The notes under the pieces were generated by a model. The model saw only the letters and a list, made by a program, of their open reading frames with translations. It made no database searches and was not told where the DNA came from. From Alphaproteobacteria bacterium (GTDB taxonomy: Bacteria; Pseudomonadota; Alphaproteobacteria; CACIAM-22H2), in contig DATJPD010000082.1 of the NCBI GenBank assembly GCA_035506575.1, positions 18,566 to 82,565 on the forward strand: DNA of 64,000 nucleotides. Direction: 5' to 3'. Made by a program: the position numbers and the translations under genes. Shown piece by piece: positions 25,255 through 33,792 of this stretch (position 1 is its first letter; every line of letters starts with the position of its first letter).

Positions 25255-27630
25255 TCACGCCGTGCGCGCCATGGCGTGCCGCACGGCGGTGACGACCTGC
25301 TCCGGCTTGATCGGCGTTGAGTCGAACTCGATGCCGAAAGGCGACAACGCGTCGGCCACGGCATTGGCGATCGTGACCGGTGGCGCGATCGCTCCGCCTT
25401 CGCCAAGCCCTTTCACTCCCAGCGGATTGAGCGGCGACGGTGTTTCCTGGTGCACGAGCCGGATCTCCGGCACATCGCTCGCGGTCGGCACCAGATAGTC
25501 CATGAAGGACACGGCGAGCGGCTGCCCGTCGGCATTGTAGGGCAGCTCCTCGAGCAAGGCGCCGCCGATGCCCTGCACGGTCCCGCCCACCACCTGCCCT
25601 TCCACCAGCAACGGATTCACCGTGACGCCGCAATCGTGCGCGACCGCGTAATCCTCGATCGTAACGCGGCCGGTCTCGATGTCGACATCGACGATCGCCG
25701 CATGCACCGCGTAGGCCCAGGTGACGGTCGGCGGCTCGTAGTAGTACGTGTCCTCGAGCCCGGCATCCATCCCGTCCGGACGGCGCCGGTCCCAGCCCGG
25801 GCGCGCCGCCTGCGCCAGTGCGGCAAGGCTCACCGTCTTGCCCGGCACGCCGACGATGCCAACCCCGCCGGGGCGCAGTTCGAGATCGGCTTCCGCGCAT
25901 TCCAGGAGGCCGGCGGCGATCGCGAACGCCTTCCTGCTCAGGCGGTCGGTCGCGTGGTGAAGGGCTGCCGACACGGTCACCGTGCTGCGGCTGGCGATCG
26001 TGCCGAACCCCATCGGAATGGCCGCCGTGTCGGCCAGCGACACGACGACGTCGTCCGGATGGACCTTCCAGAGGTCCGCCACGATCTGCGCGAAGATCGT
26101 CTCCATGCCCTGCCCTTGCGGACAGGCGCCCGAGGCAACGTGGATCTTGCCCGTCGTCTCGATGCGTACCGTCGCCCCTTCGAACGGTCCGACGCCGGTG
26201 CCCTCGTTGTAGCAGCCGATGCCGAGCCCGAGATAGCGGCCCTGCTGGCGGGCGGCGCGCTGGCGATTGCGAAATGCCGCGAGGCCGCCCAACGCGTCGA
26301 GCGCCTTGTCGAGCGCGCCCGGATAGTCGCCGCCGTCGAACACGATCGGCTCGCCGTCGCGATAGAGGATGCCGTTCTGGTAGGGCATCTCCTCGGGCTT
26401 GACCATGTTCCGCCGCCGGACCTCGGCCGGCTCCAGGCGCAGCTGCCGCGCGATGAGGTCGATCAGCCGTTCCATCGCCTGCACCGCCTCGGGGCGGCCC
26501 GCACCGCGATAGGGCGCGTTCGGCGTCTTCGTCGTGAAGACAAGCGTGCCGCCGACGGCGAGATTGGGAATCTTGTAGGGGCCGGGAAGATGCACGACCG
26601 TGTTGTAGGCGATCGGCAGGCCAAGCGGATTGAACGCGCCCTGGTCCATGATGAAATGATCGCGCAGCGCCAGGATGCGACCCTCGCCATCGAAGCCGAT
26701 CTCCACATCATGGAACTGGTCGCGGGAATGGCAGGCGCTGATCAGATGCTCGTACCGGTCCTCGATCCACTTGACCGGCCGGCCAAGCGCCCGCGAGAGG
26801 AACGCGATGACCTGCTCCTCTGCATAGGGGTGGCCCTTCACGCCAAACCCGCCGCCGACATCGGGAGCGATACAGCGCACGCGCGCCTCCGGCAGGCCGA
26901 GGCATGACGCGACCGCACCGCGCACCATGTGCACCATCTGGGTCGACGACCAGATCGTGATGGACGACGTGCGCGGATCATACTGGCTGAGGATGCCGCG
27001 GCACTCCATCGGCATCGCGGCGTAGCGATGGTGGTAGTAGCGGCGTTTGATCTTGTGGGGCGCCCGCGCCAATGCCGCGTCCACGTCGCCCTTCGCGATC
27101 GCCATCTCGCCGTTCACATTGTGCCCGAGTTGCTCGTGCACCAGCGGCGATGACGGCTTGAGGGCCGCGTCGACGTCGAGGACGGGCGGCAGCGGCTCGA
27201 TGTCGACGACAGCGAGAGCCGCCGCATCCTCGGCTGCGTAACGGCTGTCTGCCACGATGACCGCGAGCGGCTCGCCCACGTAGCGCACCTTCCCTTCGGC
27301 CAGCGGCAGTTGGCGCGGGTTGTCCGATTTGTGGCGGACGACGGCCCGCCATTTCGCGGGCATCGGCACTTCGTGCGGCGGCCCCGGCGGCGCGAGCTTG
27401 CGGAACTCAGCCCCGGCGAGGACATAGGCCACGCCGGGTGCGGCAGCGGCTTCTCTCAGATCCACGGTGCGAATGTTTCCATGCGCCACCGAGCTGCGGA
27501 TGAACGCAGCGTGCAACATGCCCGGCAATGCGAGATCGGCGACATACTGACCCTGACCGGTCAGCAACCGGCGATCCTCGCGCCGCGGCATTCTCTGGCC
27601 GACGAACCGATCGGTTTTGTGCTCGCGCAT
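25255..27630 (-). CDS. Molybdopterin-dependent hydroxylase, large (catalytic) subunit, CoxL/XdhB family
   Basis: 791 aa. The N-terminus is VGQRMPRREDRRLLTGQGQYVAD. The active-site loop APYRGAGRPEA resembles the form-II CoxL signature AYRGAGR. No CoxS/CoxM-type genes are adjacent. Confidence 0.9.
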   Translation of the reverse strand: MREHKTDRFVGQRMPRREDRRLLTGQGQYVADLALPGMLHAAFIRSSVAHGNIRTVDLREAAAAPGVAYVLAGAEFRKLAPPGPPHEVPMPAKWRAVVRHKSDNPRQLPLAEGKVRYVGEPLAVIVADSRYAAEDAAALAVVDIEPLPPVLDVDAALKPSSPLVHEQLGHNVNGEMAIAKGDVDAALARAPHKIKRRYYHHRYAAMPMECRGILSQYDPRTSSITIWSSTQMVHMVRGAVASCLGLPEARVRCIAPDVGGGFGVKGHPYAEEQVIAFLSRALGRPVKWIEDRYEHLISACHSRDQFHDVEIGFDGEGRILALRDHFIMDQGAFNPLGLPIAYNTVVHLPGPYKIPNLAVGGTLVFTTKTPNAPYRGAGRPEAVQAMERLIDLIARQLRLEPAEVRRRNMVKPEEMPYQNGILYRDGEPIVFDGGDYPGALDKALDALGGLAAFRNRQRAARQQGRYLGLGIGCYNEGTGVGPFEGATVRIETTGKIHVASGACPQGQGMETIFAQIVADLWKVHPDDVVVSLADTAAIPMGFGTIASRSTVTVSAALHHATDRLSRKAFAIAAGLLECAEADLELRPGGVGIVGVPGKTVSLAALAQAARPGWDRRRPDGMDAGLEDTYYYEPPTVTWAYAVHAAIVDVDIETGRVTIEDYAVAHDCGVTVNPLLVEGQVVGGTVQGIGGALLEELPYNADGQPLAVSFMDYLVPTASDVPEIRLVHQETPSPLNPLGVKGLGEGGAIAPPVTIANAVADALSPFGIEFDSTPIKPEQVVTAVRHAMARTA

Positions 27631-27789
27631 TTCTTCCCCTCACGGTCCCGGGCCCGCGTCTTCAGCTGTCGCTTATGCAGGTCTGATGCCAGCCGATGGG
27701 TGCGCGTTTCAATGGCATAGATATTGCTCGATCGGCTCATCCGCCGAGTGATTCCGTATTGAACCAATGGTCAATCAAAGGGGGAGCCC
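27631..27789. promoter_or_regulatory. Divergent control region between the Mo-hydroxylase operon and the ABC transporter operon
   Basis: A 159-nt intergenic region, AT-richer than its surroundings. CAATGG-containing elements recur (ttcaatggca and accaatggtca). GGGGAG lies before the SBP ATG. Confidence 0.4.
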
Positions 27790-28779
27790 ATGATCCGACA
27801 CCTCGCCTTCTCCGTGGTCTGCGCCGCCGTTCTGGCAAGCGCTTCGGCCCAGGCCGCCGACAAGGTCGACTTCATGATCGACTGGGTGCCCACGGGAGAA
27901 GAAGCATATCCGTATGTCGGCGTGCAGGAAGGATACTTCGCGCAGGAAGGTCTCGAGGTGACGATCAAGGTCGGCCGCGGCTCGGTCGATACGATCACAA
28001 AAGTAGCGACCGGCGTTGCCGATTTTGGATCAGCCGCGGTGGGCGCCCTGATGGGTGCAGCCGCGCAAGGACCGGTGCCGGTGAAGGCGATCTACTCGAT
28101 CTACAGCAAGCAGCCCGACGCGATCTTCACCGTGAAGGGCAGCGGCATCACCGCGATCAAGGATTTGAACGGCCGCACGGTCGGCACGGCCACCTTCTCC
28201 TCGTCGAATACGATCTGGCCGGTGTTCGCCACAATGAACGGCCTCGATCTGTCGAAGATCAAGCTTCAGAAGGTCGAGGTGAACACCCTGGCACCCCTGC
28301 TCGCCACGGGCCAGATCGATGCGACGATCAACTGGGTGACGGCCGCGCCCAACACCGAGGCGATCCTCAAGAAGGCCGGCAAGGAGATCGTCGTCCTGCC
28401 GTGGTCGGAGCACGGGCTCGACGGCTACGGCCTCTCGGTCATCGCCGCGGACAAGGTCATCAAGGAACGTCCCGACGTCGTGGCGCGCTTCGTCCGCGCG
28501 TTTACCAAGGTCACCGCGTTCGTGGTGGCCAATCCCGCCGGAGCCGCCAAGGATCTCAAGGCCATGGTTCCCGAGGCCGACCTCGAGTCCGATACCGCCG
28601 AGGCGCGCACGCTCGGGCCGCTCATCAAGAACGAGGTCAGCGAGAAATACGGCATGGGGACCTATGACCCGGCCCTGTTGAAAAAGACCTGGGAATGGGT
28701 GGCCAAGGCCCAGAACTATCCACTCGACAAGCTCGATCCCGAGACGGTCGTCAACCGGACCTTCTCGCCGCGATCCTAG
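27790..28779 (+). CDS. ABC transporter substrate-binding protein, NMT1/THI5 (SsuA/ThiY-like) family, paralog 1
   Basis: 329 aa with a signal peptide (MIRHLAFSVVCAAVLASASAQA). It includes DWVPTGEEAYPYVGVQEGYF, typical of NMT1-type SBPs. Confidence 0.85.
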   Translation: MIRHLAFSVVCAAVLASASAQAADKVDFMIDWVPTGEEAYPYVGVQEGYFAQEGLEVTIKVGRGSVDTITKVATGVADFGSAAVGALMGAAAQGPVPVKAIYSIYSKQPDAIFTVKGSGITAIKDLNGRTVGTATFSSSNTIWPVFATMNGLDLSKIKLQKVEVNTLAPLLATGQIDATINWVTAAPNTEAILKKAGKEIVVLPWSEHGLDGYGLSVIAADKVIKERPDVVARFVRAFTKVTAFVVANPAGAAKDLKAMVPEADLESDTAEARTLGPLIKNEVSEKYGMGTYDPALLKKTWEWVAKAQNYPLDKLDPETVVNRTFSPRS

Positions 28780-28851
28780 CCCGCCGCGCGGCCGGTGGTG
28801 AGGTTGGACCCGTTTTTGCTCTGATGGCGGAAGGGCGCATCGGAGGGATCC

Positions 28852-29028
28852 ATGTTCATCGATCCGAATTTTGAGACATTCTCGGGCGAATTTCTCGTAC
28901 GCGAGGTCGCGGCTTATGGCGGTGAACAGCGGTCCAAGCCGCCCTTTCATCCGATGCAGCGCCTGTGGCGGTGGGCGATCAAAGCGCTGAAGACCCGGGG
29001 ACTCGGCGCCCGCCGTGGCGGGCATTGA
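28852..29028 (+). CDS. Possible small ORF (58 aa) in the SBP-ATPase gap
   Basis: Below the ORF-track size cutoff and found manually. GGAGGG lies 5 nt before the ATG. The translation is MFIDPNFETFSGEFLVREVAAYGGEQRSKPPFHPMQRLWRWAIKALKTRGLGARRGGH. GC3 is only moderate (~two-thirds), so coding status is uncertain. Confidence 0.25.
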   Translation: MFIDPNFETFSGEFLVREVAAYGGEQRSKPPFHPMQRLWRWAIKALKTRGLGARRGGH

Positions 29029-29076
29029 TGCGATATCGGGCGCCGCCCAATATTTCGGCAACATAAAGGCACATGC

Positions 29077-29865
29077 GTGAGCATCCAGGTGCGCCCGGCA
29101 ATCACATTCGAAAAGGTCGGCCGCGTGTTCGGCCTTGCCGACGGCCAGCAGGTGACCGCGCTGCGCGATCTGTCCTTCTCGATCGCCAAGAATGAATTCG
29201 TCGCGATCGTCGGTCCCTCGGGCTGCGGCAAGTCGACCGTCCTGCGGCTGATCGCGGGGCTCATTCCGCCAACCCGCGGCCGGGTCTCGATTTACGAGGT
29301 CGCGGTCGACGAACCCCCGGATATGGTCGGCATCGTGTTCCAGAAGCCGACCCTCCTGCCCTGGCTCGATGTGAAGTCGAACGTGACGTTCCCGATGCGG
29401 CACAAATACGGCCGCGTCACGGAGCAGGATCACAAGCTCGCGCGCGAGCTGCTGGCGCTCGTGGGCTTGAGCGACTTCGCCAGCAGCCGGCCGGACGAGC
29501 TGTCGGGCGGAATGCAGCAGCGCGCCGCGATCGCGCGCGCCCTGCTGCTCGATCCCGAGATCCTGCTCATGGACGAGCCCTTTTCAGCGCTCGATGCGTT
29601 GACGCGCGACGAGATGAGCTTCGAGCTGCTACGCATCTGGACCGAGCGGCCCAAGACCGTCGTCTTCATCACCCATTCGATCCCCGAGGCGGTGCTGCTC
29701 GCCGACCGCATCTTCGTGATGACGCCGCGCCCGGGAACGATCGCGGAGATCATCGACAATCCGCTGCCGCGCCCGCGCGGCATCGATACGCTGGCAGACC
29801 CGGTCTATCATGAGCTCACGACTCGCATCCGCAACACGGTCTTCGCCCGCCCGCGCGCGGCCTGA
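29077..29865 (+). CDS. ABC transporter ATP-binding protein (NitT/TauT family)
   Basis: 262 aa with a GTG start. Motifs present are Walker A GPSGCGKST, the signature LSGGMQQR and Walker B LLMDEP. Confidence 0.9.
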   Translation: MSIQVRPAITFEKVGRVFGLADGQQVTALRDLSFSIAKNEFVAIVGPSGCGKSTVLRLIAGLIPPTRGRVSIYEVAVDEPPDMVGIVFQKPTLLPWLDVKSNVTFPMRHKYGRVTEQDHKLARELLALVGLSDFASSRPDELSGGMQQRAAIARALLLDPEILLMDEPFSALDALTRDEMSFELLRIWTERPKTVVFITHSIPEAVLLADRIFVMTPRPGTIAEIIDNPLPRPRGIDTLADPVYHELTTRIRNTVFARPRAA

Positions 29866-30661
29866 CGGCCCGCCGCGCGCGCGCGCGCAGACCTTCAAGA
29901 AGGTGGCACTCCACCTCGCGCCGACCTTGACCATGCTGGCCATCCTGGCCGTCTGGGAGGCCGCCTGCCGGCTGCTGCATGTGCCGGAATTCCTGCTGCC
30001 GGCACCAAGTGTTATCCTGAAGGCCGCACTTGCGATGAGCGGCTCCGAGTGGGCGGGCCACATCACGAGTACGCTGCGCGTGGCGCTCGAGGGCTACACG
30101 GTCTCGATACTGATCAGCCTCCCGCTGGCCACGATGCTGGCGCTGTCGCCCATCCTGTCGCGGACGATCTATCCGATTCTCGTGGTGATCCATTCGACGC
30201 CGATCGTGGCCGTGGCGCCGATCATCGTGGTGACGCTCGGCGTGAGCGACCTGCCGCGCGTGGTCATCACCTCGATCATCACCTTCTTCCCGCTCGTCAT
30301 CTCGACCGCGACCGGCATCCTGTCGACGCCGGACGAACTCGTCGAGCTCTCGCGCTCGTTGCGTGCCACGCGCGGCCGCGAGATCCTGCAGATCCGGCTG
30401 CCCTATGCGGTGCCGCACATCTTCAGCGCGCTCAAGGTGTCGATCACCCTGGCCGTCGTCGGGGCCGTCGTGGCCGAGTTCGTGGCCGCCGAGCGCGGCC
30501 TCGGTTATGCGATCCTGTTCGCCACCTCGACGTTCAAGATCCCGCAGGCGTTCGCCTGCCTCGTCGTTCTGGTGATGATGTCTCTGATCCTGTTCCGTCT
30601 CGTGGTGACCGCGCAGATGCTCCTCTTCCCGTGGAGCCTGCCGCGCGAGAAACGGGCCTGA
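29810..30661 (+). CDS. ABC transporter permease (BPD_transp_1, NitT/TauT family)
   Basis: 283-aa ORF with multiple TM helices and an EAA-like loop (LSRSLRATRGREILQIRLPYAVP). The ATG at 29810 overlaps the ATPase gene by 56 nt. An alternative GTG start lies at 29903. Confidence 0.8.
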   Translation: MSSRLASATRSSPARARPDGPPRARAQTFKKVALHLAPTLTMLAILAVWEAACRLLHVPEFLLPAPSVILKAALAMSGSEWAGHITSTLRVALEGYTVSILISLPLATMLALSPILSRTIYPILVVIHSTPIVAVAPIIVVTLGVSDLPRVVITSIITFFPLVISTATGILSTPDELVELSRSLRATRGREILQIRLPYAVPHIFSALKVSITLAVVGAVVAEFVAAERGLGYAILFATSTFKIPQAFACLVVLVMMSLILFRLVVTAQMLLFPWSLPREKRA

Positions 30662-30674
30662 CGAACGGTTTTCG

Positions 30675-31151
30675 TCAGCGCGTCAGCTCGACCGCGGCGG
30701 CCCGATAGAGGGCCACGCAGTCCTCGTGCAGCACGCCGGTCACGACCGTAAGGTCCCAGCCGACGAACTCGGCGAAACTTTCGGCCGTGTATTTGTGGAA
30801 ATTGAAGGCGAGCTTCGCCAAGGTCCGGATGTCGGCGTTGCGCGCGCCCAGCACCAGCGTCTTGATGCCGGCGTTCAGGATGGCGCCCAGGCACATCGGA
30901 CAGGGCTCGCAAGTTGCGTAGAACACCGCGTCGGGGATGTGCCGCTCGCCGAGTTTCTGCGTCGCATACTTGATGGCCAGCGTCTCGGAATGCGCGGTCG
31001 CATCGCTCGTCGAGACCTTGAGGCTGCGACTGCGGCATACGACCTGTCCGTGGCGCACCACCACGGCGCCGAACGGCTGCTCGCCCGCGGCGGCACCCGC
31101 CTTCGCCTCCGCAATCGCCATCGCCATGAAATGCTCGTGATCGGTCGTCAT
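30675..31151 (-). CDS. CDA-fold (CMP/dCMP-type zinc) nucleoside/nucleobase deaminase 1
   Basis: ORF 30675..31313 trimmed to MTTDHEHFMAMAIAEAK at 31151, with AGGAGG upstream. The zinc motifs are AHSE and CEPCPMC. Confidence 0.85.
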   Translation of the reverse strand: MTTDHEHFMAMAIAEAKAGAAAGEQPFGAVVVRHGQVVCRSRSLKVSTSDATAHSETLAIKYATQKLGERHIPDAVFYATCEPCPMCLGAILNAGIKTLVLGARNADIRTLAKLAFNFHKYTAESFAEFVGWDLTVVTGVLHEDCVALYRAAAVELTR

Positions 31152-31278
31152 CGATACCTCCTGGTGTCTAGCTGCGCGCTGAGACAGCAAGAAGTATGCC
31201 GAATGTTTGGGCAGCCGTACCGCTGGTCCGACGCTTGCATCGCACAGCGCTAACGCAACGCGATCGAGGGAGCGAGGA

Positions 31279-32586
31279 ATGACGTTTCCGCAATTCCATC
31301 TCGCCTGGTTCACGAATTTCGCACTCGACGAATGGCGCGAGCCGCTGTCATCGGCCGGCGGCGCGCCGTGGACGGGCGACTTCTATGTCGAGATGGCGAA
31401 GACACTCGAACGGGCGTGCTTCGACTACATCATCCTCGAAGATACCCTGATGGTCCCGGAGGCCTATGGCGGCACGTCCGAACATGCGCTCAAAGGCGGC
31501 ATCCAGGTGCCCAAGCACGACCCGGCCCCGCTTGCAGCACTCATGGGTGCGGCGACCTCGCATGTCGGCATCGTGGCGACCCTGTCGACCTTGGGCTATC
31601 CGCCGTTCCTGCTCGCGCGGCTGTGTGCGACCATAGACCATATCGCCCGCGGCCGGTTCGGCTGGAACATCGTGACCAGCGGCGAGAACATCGCAGCCCA
31701 GAATTTCGGCCTGCCCGAATTGCCGGAGCACGACCTCCGCTATGAGATGGCCGACGAGTACATGGATGTCGTCAATCAGCTCTTCGCGTCGTGGGATCCG
31801 GATGCCGTCGTGCGCGACCGCGCCACCAACACCTATGCGGATTTCCGCAAGGTCCGGCCCGTCCACTTCCAGGGCCGGTACTTCAAGTCGCGCGGGCCGC
31901 TGAACACGGCCCCGATGCCGCAGGGCCGGCCGGCCTACATCCAGGCGGGCGGCTCGCCGCGCGGCCGAGACTTCGCCGCCAAGCACGCGGATTCCATCAT
32001 CGCCTCGAGCAACGGGATCGCGGGCATGAAGGCGTTCCGCGACGACGTGCGAAAGCGCGCCGCGAAATTCGGCCGCAACCCCGACGACATCAAGGTCCTC
32101 TTCCTGTTCGCACCGGTGCTCGGCGAGACCGAGGAGGAGGCAAAGGCCAAGAACGAACGCGGGCTTGCCAGCCAGTGGTTCCAGGACCGGGCGCTCGGGC
32201 TCTACAGCGGCATCACCGACATCGACCTGTCGAAATTCGACCTCGACAAGCCGCTCCCTGAGCTGACGACCAACGGCGAGTCCACCTCGCTCGCCAAGTT
32301 CGCCCAGTTCGGCAGCGGCAAGACGTTGCGGCAGGTGATCATGGAGGGCGGCAAGGGCGGCTGTGTCGATTGCGTGGGTACGCCCGAGCAGGTGGCCGAC
32401 CAGATGGCCGACATCATGCAGCAGGTGGGCGGTGACGGCTTCCTCATCAAGCACCCGTTCAACCTCATCAACCGCCGCTACATCCTCGAGGTCGCCGAGG
32501 GCCTCGTGCCGGCGCTGCAGCGCCGCGGCCTGGTGCGCATGCGCTACACCAAGCCGACGTTGCGCGAGACCCTCTGCGAGTTCTGA
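31279..32586 (+). CDS. LLM-class flavin-dependent monooxygenase, NtaA/SnaA/DszA family
   Basis: ORF 31207..32586 trimmed to MTFPQFHLAWFTNF at 31279. The segment ATIDHIARGRFGWNIVTS is typical of group C FMN monooxygenases. Confidence 0.9.
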   Translation: MTFPQFHLAWFTNFALDEWREPLSSAGGAPWTGDFYVEMAKTLERACFDYIILEDTLMVPEAYGGTSEHALKGGIQVPKHDPAPLAALMGAATSHVGIVATLSTLGYPPFLLARLCATIDHIARGRFGWNIVTSGENIAAQNFGLPELPEHDLRYEMADEYMDVVNQLFASWDPDAVVRDRATNTYADFRKVRPVHFQGRYFKSRGPLNTAPMPQGRPAYIQAGGSPRGRDFAAKHADSIIASSNGIAGMKAFRDDVRKRAAKFGRNPDDIKVLFLFAPVLGETEEEAKAKNERGLASQWFQDRALGLYSGITDIDLSKFDLDKPLPELTTNGESTSLAKFAQFGSGKTLRQVIMEGGKGGCVDCVGTPEQVADQMADIMQQVGGDGFLIKHPFNLINRRYILEVAEGLVPALQRRGLVRMRYTKPTLRETLCEF

Positions 32587-32596
32587 GCTTCCGGTG

Positions 32597-32626
32597 CGTC
32601 ATGCCCCGGGAAGCCGGGGCATGACG
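32597..32626. repeat. REP-like palindromic hairpin (CGTCATGCCCCGG gaag CCGGGGCATGACG) between convergent genes
   Basis: A 13-bp perfect stem with a 4-nt loop, lying between the LLM stop (32586) and the SBP2 stop (32637). It shares its arm sequence with the element at ~10648-10680. Confidence 0.65.
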
Positions 32627-32636
32627 TCCCGGGAGA

Positions 32637-33629
32637 CTACGACTTCGGGACGAAGGACCGGTCGACGATCCCGACCGGGTCGATCTTGTCGAGCGGATAG
32701 TTCTGCGCCTTGGCCACCCACTCCCAGGTCTTCTTCAGGAGCTCGGGGTCGAAGGTCCACATGCCGTATTTCTGGCTGACCTCGTTCTTGATCAGCAAGG
32801 CCGCGTTCTTCCACTCAGCGAGGCCATCCTCGGCCGGAATGTCGGGCAGCATGGCGTGGTTGTCCTTGGCGGCGGCCTCGGGATTGGCGAAGGTGAAGTT
32901 GATCGCTTTCGTGTAGGCGCGCAGAAAGCGGGCCACGACCTGCGGCTGCTCCTTGATCACTTTGTCGGTCGCCATCAGCGACAGGCCATATCCCTCGAGC
33001 CCGTATTCCGACCACGGCAGCATGACGAGCTCCTTGCCGTTCTGGCTGAGCACGCGCTCGGCACTCGCCTTGTTCGTCACCCAGCTGATCGTCGCGTCGG
33101 TTTTTCCGGTCGCCAGCATCCCGAACAGCGTGTTGGGATCGGCCTTGATCAGCGTGATCTTGCCGACATCGAGACCGTTGGACTGCGCGAACACCGGCCA
33201 GATCACGTTGGAGGAGGTGAACGGCGCCGTCGCGACCGTCTTGCCGATGAGATCCTTGAGCGTCGTGATGCCGCTGCCCTTGATGGTGAAGATCGCGTCC
33301 GGCTGCTTGACGTAGATCGACGCGATCGCCTTCACGGGCACGTTGCTTTGCGCGACGGCCCCCATGAGCGCCCCGACGGCCGCGGCACCGAAGTCCGCCG
33401 TGCCCGTTCCCAGCTTCGTGATCGTGTCGGTGCTGCCGCGCCCGATGCGCACCGTGACCTCCAGGCCTTCGTCCTTGAAGAAGCCCTCCTTCTCGGCCAC
33501 GTACGGATACGGCTCTTCGCCCGACGGGATCCAGTCGAGGAGGAACGTGACCTTGTCCAACGCATGCGCGGCCGTGCTCGAGAAGAACAGGGCCGACGCT
33601 GCGAGCACCGCAAGGATCGCTTGTCTCAT
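32637..33629 (-). CDS. ABC transporter substrate-binding protein, NMT1/THI5 family, paralog 2
   Basis: 330 aa with a signal peptide (MRQAILAVLAASALFFSSTAAHA). By eye it is about 60-65% identical at protein level to the 27790..28779 product. Confidence 0.85.
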   Translation of the reverse strand: MRQAILAVLAASALFFSSTAAHALDKVTFLLDWIPSGEEPYPYVAEKEGFFKDEGLEVTVRIGRGSTDTITKLGTGTADFGAAAVGALMGAVAQSNVPVKAIASIYVKQPDAIFTIKGSGITTLKDLIGKTVATAPFTSSNVIWPVFAQSNGLDVGKITLIKADPNTLFGMLATGKTDATISWVTNKASAERVLSQNGKELVMLPWSEYGLEGYGLSLMATDKVIKEQPQVVARFLRAYTKAINFTFANPEAAAKDNHAMLPDIPAEDGLAEWKNAALLIKNEVSQKYGMWTFDPELLKKTWEWVAKAQNYPLDKIDPVGIVDRSFVPKS

Positions 33630-33792
33630 AACGCATCTCTCCGCTTAAGAATTGAGCACGCCGCAAAAGGTTTGAACGGCAGATGCCGCGGCGGTGGCTC
33701 GAAGCGCCGCGCGTGCGAAGAAATCTGCAAGCCATATGCCATCGCGAAATGCGTCGCGGCGCGCCGACGTCACGCGCTATAGTTCCGGCACG

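Noticed and set aside
27759-27776. FNR/FixK-like box TTGA-N8-TCAA upstream of SBP1
   Set aside because: The spacing is 8 rather than the 6 nt required for TTGAT-N4-ATCAA. Only 4-bp arms pair.
28030-29433. 467-aa minus-strand ORF crossing SBP1, the gap and the ATPase gene
   Set aside because: It is antisense to two well-supported ABC transporter genes and has no recognisable domain.
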